Part shown: piece after piece, positions 53,975-64,000 of the stretch
How positions within the stretch are numbered: the first letter of the stretch is position 1
Layout of the letters: every line of letters starts with the position of its first letter
Assembly: GCA_964234715.1 (NCBI GenBank)
Contig: OZ174276.1
Length of the DNA stretch: 64,000 nucleotides
Strand: one strand, 5' to 3'
Origin: Podarcis melisellensis
Lineage: Eukaryota
Notes under the pieces: generated by a model
What the model saw: only the letters and a program-made list of their open reading frames with translations
Database searches by the model: none
Told to the model about the DNA's origin: nothing
Program-made: the position numbers and the translations under genes

Positions 53975-54593
53975 GGATTTGATGCCAAGAACTCTCGATG
54001 GGCAGATCACCATGGAGAAAACTCCCAGCTACTTTGTCACCAAGGAAGCCCCAGCTCGCATCTCTGCCATGTCAAAGGGCACCAAGCTCATTGTGGTGGT
54101 GAGAGACCCGGTCACCAGAGCCATATCTGACTACACACAAACTCTGTCCAAGAAGCCTGACATCCCCACCTTTGAGAGCCTGACCTTCAAAAACAGGACT
54201 ACGGGCCTCATTGATACCTCCTGGAGTGCCATCCAGATTGGCATTTACGCCAAGCACCTGGAAAACTGGCTCTTGTACTTCCCCATTGGGCAGATCCTCT
54301 TTGTCAGTGGGGAGAGGCTAATCAGTGATCCAGCTGGTGAGTTAGGCCGAGTCCAGGACTTTCTGGGCCTCAAGAGGATCATCACGGACAAACACTTCTA
54401 CTTCAACAAAACCAAGGGTTTCCCATGCCTGAAAAAGGCTGAAGGCAGCAGCAAGCCCCACTGCTTGGGCAAAACCAAGGGGCGGACCCACCCCAACATA
54501 GACCAGGAAGTGGTCCAGAGGCTGCGGGAATTCTACAGGCCCTTCAACATGAAGTTCTACCAGATGACTGGACATGACTTTGGCTGGGATTGA
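53975..54593 (+). CDS. HS3ST3B1: HS3ST3B1 coding exon 2 (remainder of sulfotransferase domain)
   Basis: Long polypyrimidine tract plus gcAG (53973-53974) and branch point TTCTAAC 53923-53929. Splices in frame (AG+G=Arg) to [20 protein letters not shown]...[11 protein letters not shown]...KGFPC...[11 protein letters not shown]...GHDFGWD*. The GWD end fits 3B1. Total CDS 1200 nt. Confidence 0.97.
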
Positions 54594-54928
54594 TGGTTTA
54601 ATGCCGACGTTCTTGCCAGAGTTAATCCCCTCATTTCAGCTTGCTATCCCCCTTATATATGTAGATAGGTCTATATGTAAAATGTACAGAAATCTATTTT
54701 ATAATAATTTATTTTTAATTCTTAAGCAATTAATTCACTAAGCTGCCTAACCACACTGTAGCAGCCCATAGCTGTGTTTTTAACATTCCACAGTGCTGAA
54801 TCCTTACTCTGCTCTTTCTCTTTTTTGTAGCCTGGTTCAGTTTGTGCTGGAAAGTGCTTCCAAGTATCTTCTATGAGAAAAATTAATATAAAAGAAAGGT
54901 TGGTGGGTAAGGGAGAAAGAATTTTTAA

Positions 54929-54936
54929 AAGCACAA
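54929..54936 (+). promoter_or_regulatory. miR-218 8mer seed site in the HS3ST3B1 3'UTR
   Basis: AAGCACAA is the 8mer match to the miR-218-5p seed UGUGCUU, ~340 nt after the stop. Confidence 0.5.
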
Positions 54937-56241
54937 TTTTATTTTCCAATACGGGTACTAGGCATTTTGAAACACTTTTGTGAAAGGCCCTCCAGCTAGC
55001 ATATTTTGCCTTCCCTCTTCCAGATCAACCCACTTGCAATTGAGTTTTTGGTTGGCTATGAAATTTCGTGGAACTCAAAGCATTTAGGCCTAGCTTAAGC
55101 CTTTACAGGTGGGCATGGCACGAGTGCAGAAGGAGATTCTCTCCAGCCATATAGCTGCTGCTGCTGCCTGTTTCTCAGATATGTTTTCCTTGATGTGTAC
55201 AACTCTCTCTCTCCTTGTAGAAAGCTTTGCCTACAGTAGTTACTGAATGTTCTACAGTTTTTCCTTCTGCTTTCTTGACCTTTAAGCAGATTTCCTGGAC
55301 TGACAACTATGCATATTTGGTCCAGCTTTAACTTGTTCCTGCTGAAAATGTGAAATGCTTCCTTCGGGCACAATTCATATGGGGTGCTTCTTCTTTTTTT
55401 AAAAAAGCTGGTCTTGCAGAAGAAGACCATGCAGTCTGAACTTGTATAGTGAACCACTCCCTGCTATGTATAACTGAATGATAGGCCTGATTGCTGATAG
55501 CCCTGCAGTCAGGGTGCTCTCAGATTAGAACATGCAGAGTTACATGCCTCATCAGCCTTTTTCTAAGAGAGTTAATTAAATCCCCCCCTCCGCTGGTGCT
55601 GAGCTGAAAGTTTTGGACTTTCATATGGGGTCAAGTGGGATGTGGGGGGAAGTATGCACTTCATTAAACCCTTGAGAGAGGGGTTGGAAATGAACATGCA
55701 GGGACCATAGACAGTCTGAACCTTGCCAAAGAATTTCACACCCGCCCCCCCAAGACTAGCAAACAGCCTATTCCTGCCCCTGCCCTCAATCACATTACGC
55801 TAAGGTGAATTGAATGTAACATCTTGGCACATTCTAATTGGACCTCCAGGAGAATTGCTCCCAATGTAGGTACTTGAGAAGGTTGGGCATGTCTGACTAA
55901 TGTTGCAGTGAGTGAGCTACCATCTTGTATTAAAACCTCTGTTCAGCTGTACTCTTTCTCTCTTTCTCTTTCTGTGTGTGTTTCAGTTCTCAACACATTC
56001 TTGAAGTGTCCCACATTGGACACAACTTGAACAATGTGGGCATAACTGTCAGATTTATTTTGAGAAGTAACTGCATATGGAATGTGGGATTTCTCAGAGG
56101 GCTGTATACAATTTGTGTGTGCATGAGCACATGCACATTATTCTAAGGATGTAGACATTCATATGAACATTCAGCCTCTCTGTTAGCCATCTTTGGACAT
56201 ATGATGTTTGCTATCACCTGCCGGTGAGGCAGCACTCTAGG

Positions 56242-56575
56242 ACAGGCTTCCCCAATCTTTCACCCTCCAAATTTTGTTGGATGGCAATTCCCATCACCCC
56301 TCACCATTGGGCACCTTGGCTGGGGGGATGACCGGGATTCCAAAAACATCTGGAGTACCAGAGGTTCCCCTTCCTGATTTACATGTTGAGCACTACAGAA
56401 TACATTAAATAGACCCCTTGCTGTAGACCTCACTCCATCCTTTGCACCAGGGTTGGTCAGCATGGTGTCCTCCAGATGTTGCTGAACCACAACTCCCACA
56501 ATCCCATGCCGGCTGAGGCTGATGGGAGTGGGATTTCAAAAACACCTGGAGGAATGCTACTATAGAAAAAGTTGC
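56242..56575. mobile_element. Two degraded hairpin MITEs in the probable HS3ST3B1 3'UTR
   Basis: Same ctccagatgtt...caactcccatc / gatgggag...aacatctggag architecture as 57789-57924. Other copies at ~13310, 39467, 41520 and 41795. Confidence 0.6.
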
Positions 56576-57410
56576 TTGAACCCACCTTCTTCCTACTAAA
56601 GTGAGATGCAACACATGCACCCTTAGCCTCCTCTTTCTGGACCCCCTCTCAACAGAATCTGTGACATGCTTATGTGATAACCATGTTGTCAAGCCATGCA
56701 GCTTCTCTTGCTCCAGGAAATTGTAGTGGGGTTTTCTTTTATAGCTCTCCTTTGTTTTCCATTTCAAAATCTTTTTGCAGAACTCAGTGCTTGGACTTTT
56801 CCTTCTTCTCTGAGTAGGTTTGTAGCCAGATGCCTTCCTCTCCATTGCACAAATCAAATTGGCAAAGTAGGTATTGTATCCACAGAACCGGTTCCGAATG
56901 ATTTTGCGAAATAAGTTGAGTGATAACTCTGCCACTACTTCACCATTCAGTATCTTGAACAAAATTGGCTGTGCAGACTATATAGCAGAAATATTATGAA
57001 ACCAGTTAATTTAAAAGACCTTACCTACATATCATGGTAACCATGGTGGACCTTGTACCATATGGCATTTGAAACTGTTCAAGCTAGCTTCCATACATTA
57101 ACTTTTTAATGTTCACGAGAGGGTACTCAGTTGAAACTCAGAGGTGTGGTTGGACTTGTTTCCCCCCACATGGTAACATTAATTTATGGCTGAGTTCCAT
57201 TCAGCAGTACGTCCAGATATTAGCAATATATTTGTGTGTGTGTTTGCTGTAACATGATACATCTTAGACTAGTCTACTTGTAAAGGAAAGCAAAATGGCA
57301 AGCAAAAACTGTAAATTGAGTATTTTGTGGTATGTACAACACAAATTAATTTTACACAGAGGTTTCTAGGAAAATGAAATTTTGATTCATACTATTTCTT
57401 TGTATGAAGA

Positions 57411-57416
57411 AATAAA
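57411..57416 (+). terminator. Candidate HS3ST3B1 polyadenylation signal
   Basis: AATAAA in an AU-rich context preceded by TGTA motifs (~2.8 kb UTR). Further AATAAA near 57607 and 57674. Confidence 0.45.
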
Positions 57417-57788
57417 ATATATTTTACCAAACCATGGAGACCACCTCATTTTCCTTTTCAACGTGTGGGTAAACAGAAATCAAAACAAAAGGTTTGGCTA
57501 TCAGAGGAATCCAAACTGGGGCCAGGGAAGTGGAGTGGTGGATAGACTAGTGCAGTGAATGCTGAGGGCAAAGGGCGTATCCTCCACTGCTGTTTTGTTT
57601 TTTAAAAATAAATGTTATGTATTATTTCACTTTTTATATAATAACCCCCTCCTGGTACAAATCTCAGCAGTGAAATAAAAAGCAGTTATACATACTCTTA
57701 TCAGTATCGTTACACATTGCCTTGCTCCTTGCATAAAGAAGTAAAGTGCCACATGTAAAAGAAAACAATTTAAATTCACAGTATAGGA

Positions 57789-57924
57789 CAGTGTTTCCCA
57801 ACCTTGTGCCTCCAGCTGTTTTTGGACTACAATTCCCATCATCCCTTGCCACTGGTCTTGCTAGTCAGGGATGATGGGAGTTGTAGTTCAAAAACAGCTG
57901 GAGGCACAAGGTTGGGAAACACTG
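57789..57924. mobile_element. Young palindromic hAT MITE (136 bp)
   Basis: Near-perfect inverted arms CAGTGTTTCCCAACCTTGTGCCTCCAGCTGTTTTTG / CAAAAACAGCTGGAGGCACAAGGTTGGGAAACACTG. Perfect 8-bp TSD GTATAGGA at 57781-57788 and 57925-57932. Confidence 0.92.
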
Positions 57925-60325
57925 GTATAGGAAATATAAAGATGCAGATGTCCTCAGGAGAGCTTTCCATAATGTTCTGTGTTGAAGATGGATTCTCTCT
58001 GAGGTATAGATGAAATAAAGCCATACCATTTTTCATGGAAAGTGTCCACCATTATTATTTACTGAAGGGCTCTCATCCAGCCTCTCTGAGGGGAATGGAG
58101 CAGCTTTGGATTGAGCAGATCAATGGTCAGCTCTGCTCCATCCCCACGATGCCTTGCTTTGGAAACTTACACTGGCAACTGGCAACAGGAACACCAGTAG
58201 CATTTGTGTTCTCTTTGTTGCACATTCTTCAGTAGGAGCCTTCATGGTGGTGGAACCCCCTGGCTGGACACCTCTGCCATATCCTAACCCCCTCAATTAT
58301 GGGTGATCAAGGGATTGCTCTCAGGTCTACTTTTGGGATGATTATTCCACAGAAAGCAATATTCTACACAGGGATGTTTGGAAGAAGTCCTCTGGATGAT
58401 GTGAGTCGGTGGTAAACAAATTCTGCCCCTCGGCCCAATTTCAGAAGCCCTATATAAGCAATCGGATCACTTGCAGGAGTACACTATCCTTCCTTTGTGG
58501 CTTTACTGGGCAGAGAGAAAGAGGAAAAGAGAAAAAGGAGTATTCAGGAAAGAGAAGGGGAATGGTTCCACTAACTGCTGGCACAGATGGATTATCCCAG
58601 AAGGAACAAACCCCACATTTATTCATTCATTCTGAACCCCCTGATCTCAGTAGCACTGCACCCAGAGCGTGTTGTGGTGCATGTCCTCTATTTTGGTGAT
58701 GCAAGGTCTCAACAGCTTCCCAAACATTTTGTGCCTCTGAAAAATAACAGGATAGCTCCATTTTAAGGTAGAGACTTCATTTGCAAACAGTTCCTTGAGG
58801 TATTGCAAACAGGTTGTTAGCAACAGGTTTTTGAATTAAAAAACATCAACCAGATTTTCTCTAGAAAGTGTAAACTGGCATTTTGATGTCGATGCTGTTG
58901 TGAACTCTGCAAAAAACAAAATCACAATGCATGTATGAGGAGGAACAACTGTACAATAAGTACCCATGTGGAAGCACCCCTGGCCAGAGATCTGGCAAAC
59001 TCAAAGCGTTAGTGAAGAGAGAGAAGAAGGATTGAGACAGACCTGGACTGCTTTCCAGATAGAAATCTCAAAGCAAACTCTACTGTTTTAAAGCCATGAA
59101 TGGATGTTTATTTTTCATGGCCTGCAAGTTTCCCAAACCCACCTTGAAATATAGCCTCTGCTTCAAGGCTACTCTCATCCCTGATTGGCGATTTTGCTAG
59201 GACCAAAACAAATGCTTCATCTTTTACCACATATTAAGAGATCAGTCCCTCTCTTCCCATAATAAATTAGACCAGTTGCTTAATGATTAGGAAATTACAG
59301 ATGTTTGTAATGCAGACACCATTTCTTGAAAAAGCAGCCTTGTTTTCATATTTATTCTGGAGGAGGATAGTGAAAGATGCTTTTATGCTACACTTTTTTT
59401 AAGGAAGGAGGGAGAGAAAAGAAGCTTCTGCACATCTGGGTGTGTGCGTGTGGGGAGGGAATGGAGCACTCCAAACAAATCCAAAATAGTCTGCAGCAAT
59501 TGACCCACATGTACTTTTGGCATGGGTACATTTATCTCTCCCCCCACCCCCAGCAATAAAAAAAGAACTATTGGGTTTGCAAATTCATGCAGGAAGTCAC
59601 AAGCAGGTTAATAGTCTATTTTCCTCACTGAAGAGATTTGCTTCGGATCCGTCTAGTCTGACAGCCTGTGTCCTGCTGTAGCCTACCAGGTTCCTCTAGG
59701 TAAGAAGTCACAGCTGCATCTAGACTTCTACATGTGGTTGAGAGAGAGTGCGTAAGTGTAACAGCCTTCCGCTCCTTCTCCACTGTATATTCAGGCTTAC
59801 AAACTGAGACCAGGTGTAGTTCAGCCCTAAGTCTTCAATTGTGTTGGAAGAACTAGCCATTCACCCTGAGATGGTGAAGTAGAGGAGAAATGGTCCAGCA
59901 TGGGTTGTACCAGAAAATGATTTGTCGCCATAAACCCTTAGCTAATTGGGAGACCTGAGCCTTCCATTCAGGGAGAAGAAAACAGTGAAGCAGCATTCAC
60001 AAAGCCTTGTTATTGCAGCTGATCCCCATTGCATGCCACAATCTAGGCCACCCCTACGTGATCACACCCACTGAAGACAGATATAAATGGTGGTTGGGGA
60101 TTGGTAGCACATTAATACGGATGTGAGGTGATAGCGGTAGCCGATCCTTCATTGTGGTGGCCGCCTCCACTCGAGAACTTCCAGCCCATTCATATTAAGC
60201 AGTCACCTTCACTGCATAGTTCTCAGTGCCTGCTAAAAACTTTTTTTTTTGCAAAGCAAGCCTCCCCAAACATGTAAATTTGACATGTATTTTACTACAT
60301 AACTGTATTTTATTATATATCTGTA

Positions 60326-60585
60326 CAGTCATACCTCAGGTTACAAACGTTTCAGATTGTGTTTTTTTGGGTTGCGGACCGCCGAAACCCGGAAGTACCA
60401 GAATGGGTTACTTCTGGGTTTTGGCGGTTGTGCATGCGCAGAAGCGCTAAATTGCACTTTGCGCATGCGCAGACATGCCAAATCGCAACTTACACGTGCG
60501 CAGTTGTGCCACTGTGGATTGCGGACGCTGCGGGTTGCGAATGTGCATCCCGCACGGATCACGTTTGCAACCTGAGCATCCACTG
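60326..60585. mobile_element. Tc1/mariner (Tigger-like) MITE
   Basis: TIRs CAGTCATACCTCAGGTTACAAACGT / ACGTTTGCAACCTGAGCATCCACTG with TA TSDs; internal palindrome. Confidence 0.75.
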
Positions 60586-60600
60586 TAATTGCATATATAG

Positions 60601-60957
60601 CTAAACCACTGAGCCTCTTGAGTTTGCCAGTCAGTAGGTCGGCAGTTCAAATCCCTATGACAGGGTGAGCTCCCTTTGCTCTGTCCCAGCTCTTGCCAAT
60701 CTAGCAATTCGAAAGCATGTCAAAAAGTGCGAGTAGATAAATAGGTACTGCTCCGGCGGGAAGGTAAACAGCGTTTTCGTGCGCTGCTCTGGTTCACCAG
60801 AAGTGGCTTAGCCATGCTGCCCACATGACCTGGAAAGCTGTCTGTGGACAAATGCTGGCTCCCTTGGCCTGAAAGCAAGATGAATGCCACAACCCCATAG
60901 TCGAATTTGACTGGACTTAATCATCTAGGGGTCCTTTACCATTTACCTTTACCTACC
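60601..60957 (+). mobile_element. Sauria SINE, slightly 5'-truncated, different subfamily from 42696
   Basis: Colinear with the 42696 copy; (ACCTTT)n tail. Confidence 0.88.
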
Positions 60958-61825
60958 TTATATAGATATACCTGATTTTTATCAGTAATTTTAACATATA
61001 TTTTATATTCTATGTAAAACACCGAGAGGCTTTGATGTTGAAGCAGGATACAAATCCTGTTACATAAATTAATACAAATGTTGTTGGAAGAAGTAAATGT
61101 CACTGCTTCTAAGGGGAGTGACATTTATTTTTAACAGGACAATGAATTTATTTCTTGCATTCCTAAACCAATTCCCAGTAAGAGCCCTGAAGCAGTTTGC
61201 AATAAAATTAATTAAATTAACAATAAAATATGATTGCACGCTTTTGAGCTCCATACAGCATGATAAGCAAGAAGAATGACATTTGGTGCATCAGTGGCAT
61301 GTAGCAGACAATTCCTCTGCAGTGTGGACAACTGTGGGTACCAGGAAAGGATATGCCCACTGGCATCCTTCGAGACTTAGGAAGAGATTACACACTCACA
61401 AACAACAGCAAAAGTTGCCTTATCATCAAATAAGTGCTGGTGATCAGGGGAACAAGTAAGAGTAAAGCCATGCCACCTGACACTTCTACTTGCATTGCCA
61501 GGGCATTCTGGGTTCATTCACACAGCCACTGGGTGGCCACAAGAAATGCCTTTTAACTGGCACTGGCCAATGTGAGCTGTGAGTTAAATCTTGCAAATGG
61601 TGCTTCTTGGAGTTACACAGCAGCTCATCGCAGCCTGGGAATTGGCATGCACATGGTTTTCAAATGTTCATCCAGTGATTGTGAATAATGTTGGAGTTTG
61701 GCAAATGCACTGCAGCCTTGTGCAGAAATAGTCTAGTGTGATTGCTGGCTGAAAGGCAAAAGAAAATATTTTTTGTCACGGCAAAGAAAGCCCTAAGTTT
61801 AGGTTTCACTGAAATGAGGTGTAGG

Positions 61826-61938
61826 TAAGCAGAGGCTTGACAACCATATGTCAGGAGTGCTCTGATGGTGTTTCCTGCTTGGCAGGGGGTTGGACTCGAT
61901 GGCCCTTGTGGTCTCTTCCAACTCTATGATTCTATGAT
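61826..61938 (+). mobile_element. CR1 LINE 3' end
   Basis: KQRLDNHMSGVL* then cctgcttggcagggggttggactcgatggccc...ttccaactctatgattctatga. Confidence 0.8.
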
Positions 61939-62032
61939 ACGCATATATTGATAAAAGTGCCGTGGGTGTCAGCACAAAATGGCTGCTATGACAGCAAGAA
62001 AGAGCTACTGGTACTTTATACTGGTGAGTATA

Positions 62033-62263
62033 CAGTGGTACCTCGGGTTACAGACGCTTCGGGGTACAGATGCTTCAGGTTACAGACTTCGCTAACCCAG
62101 AAATAGTACCTCGGGTTAAGAACTTTGCTTCAGGATGAGAACAGAAATAGCGCGGCGCCAGCGGGAGGCCCCATTAGCTAAAGTGGTACCTCAGGTTAAG
62201 AACAATTTCAGGTTAAGAACGGACCTCCAGAACGAATTAATTTCTTAACCCGAGGTGCTACTG
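62033..62263. mobile_element. Tc1/mariner (Tigger-like) MITE
   Basis: TIRs CAGTGGTACCTCGGGTT / AACCCGAGGTGCTACTG, TA TSDs and internal repeats of GTACCTC(A/G)GGTTAAGAAC. Confidence 0.85.
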
Positions 62264-64000
62264 TACACACATAAAGCCATGACTTTTAAATGTGGTAAGG
62301 ATGGAAATAATAAGTTAACTCTGCATCTTGCTAGCTCATACTGACACTGACTGACTTGGAGAAGAAGCAGCAAATGAGGAAGTGATCTAATTTACCAACA
62401 AGTAGTTACTAAAACAGAATGAATCCCTAAGGAGGAAGAGCAGCTCGCCTTTCTGCCTATTGCCCCCACCCTGGTTCAGATAGCTTATTGCTAGCATTGT
62501 TGCTTTACTCCCAACATAGAAGGCATTCAACTGGCATGGGAATCAGGGCCACCCCAAGGCATTTTGCTTCCTGAATCAGAGAACAAGATGGTCCCCTCCC
62601 ATTCCCCTAATAGAATCCCATTGGCCTGGTGGTTCATTCTTATGTCAAAAGTGGCAACGGAATGGCATCTCCCACTGTATCTGAAGGCAATAGGCAAGCA
62701 CAGGGCAGTTTAGCTTAAGGGACTCAAGCGGAATAGAGCTGCTCCCTTACCTCCACCCACCCCAAAATCTGCTGCCTGATTGGGAGTTTAACATCAGGGT
62801 GTGTCAATCAATTGATTCACAATGTAAATAACAAGAATAAATATGCACAAGCCTACTAGAAACATCATTTACTTACCAGCAAAATGCCCATCTGTTGGGG
62901 TTGTCATGGAGTTGATGGGCACCATACATCACTGGGGCCATCAGAGCGCACAAGCGCTTGTGTATATACATAGACCTTTCACATCCAATGGACTCTCTCT
63001 CTGTAGACATCAGATTACCCAGTGTAAGGGAAATGCAAAGCAATTGCTACAACGTCCTCAAATGCAGCACTGAATCTCTCTCCCCCCCCACTCACTGCTG
63101 GGTTGAATTGCAGTCACTCATCTATTAGAGAAAATAAAAACATACAATTTCTGACACCATCTGTATCTGACACTGATTACTCTGAATTCTTGGAGCAGAA
63201 CACCTTTTCCCCAACTCTACAAGTCTTGCCAATTGCCATCAGTTTACTTAGCCCCGGAGAACACAAAAGGACCAAGCGAGAATTCAGTGCGCACGTTCTC
63301 CCACTCTCCTTGAAATAGCCTACTTTAGTTCCATATCTTGGTGGTGTTAGAGTATGACAGAAAGACAGACTCACTTGTGCTTGTAAAATGTAACACTTAG
63401 AAAATCAGCATGTAATGTGTGGGTCCATTATTAGGACATGTGCCACTGGCTGGAGTGGTAAACAAGCTTATTATGGGGATGAAAGACCAATCTCTAGGAT
63501 GTCTCAGCTGCAGTACCCTTTGAAAACCCTCCTTAAAAATATGAAAAGCACCCTGCTGTCTATAAAAAAAATTAAATCAAATTTCAGAATTATATGTGTG
63601 TTTTTCAAACGATGTGAGTGAAGAGCTATAGCTGCCTGCTTTGACATCTGAGATACTTAGCTCAGAATTTATGTGTCAAAAGCTTAAAAGCTTAACCTAA
63701 GCAACTTTAAAAAAGCACTATATTTCCAACTAATTAAGTCATGTCAGCCAAATATGATTTATTTACTGCCATCAGTCATGTCTACAGCAGAATTATCTCA
63801 TTTTTTGATTTCTAATGATTTTCCCTCTCCTCATTAATCTGGTTGTGAATTATTTTTAATATATCTTTCTGGCATGAAAGCAAATCAAATCATTAAAAGA
63901 AAAATAGCCAAAGGTAATTCTGCACTACAGCTGAATGATGGACGTCAGAGCTTAGTTCTGTTCCTGTGGTTTGACACAAGCCCTTCTCAGCCAAAGGGGA

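Overview
Vertebrate genomic DNA from a squamate reptile, most likely a lacertid lizard (Sauria-type SINEs, tRNA-Lys/CR1-tail SINEs and lizard-type L1/L2/CR1 LINEs). Two protein-coding genes lie on the + strand in the order known from human 17p12. The first is the last coding exon of COX10 (heme O synthase; 5237-5643). The second is the complete two-exon CDS of HS3ST3B1 (heparan sulfate 3-O-sulfotransferase 3B1; 26367-26947 + 53975-54593, 399 aa, ~27 kb intron). The rest is intron, UTR and intergenic DNA with many transposon relics, several nested with readable target-site duplications, plus microsatellites, two assembly gaps and a ~10 kb CpG-rich domain around the HS3ST3B1 promoter. Nearly all other ORF-track entries are chance or shadow ORFs. 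I see no convincing new multi-gene system. The best leads are: (i) a strong-Kozak overlapping uORF covering the weaker HS3ST3B1 start codon, with a downstream in-frame Met42 that could yield a signal-peptide-bearing soluble isoform; (ii) an unexplained ~175 bp diverged direct repeat just 3' of COX10; (iii) the wide CpG domain with a Pol III SINE beside the promoter; (iv) multi-layer nested transposons. Repeat family names and human comparisons come from recall, not database searches.
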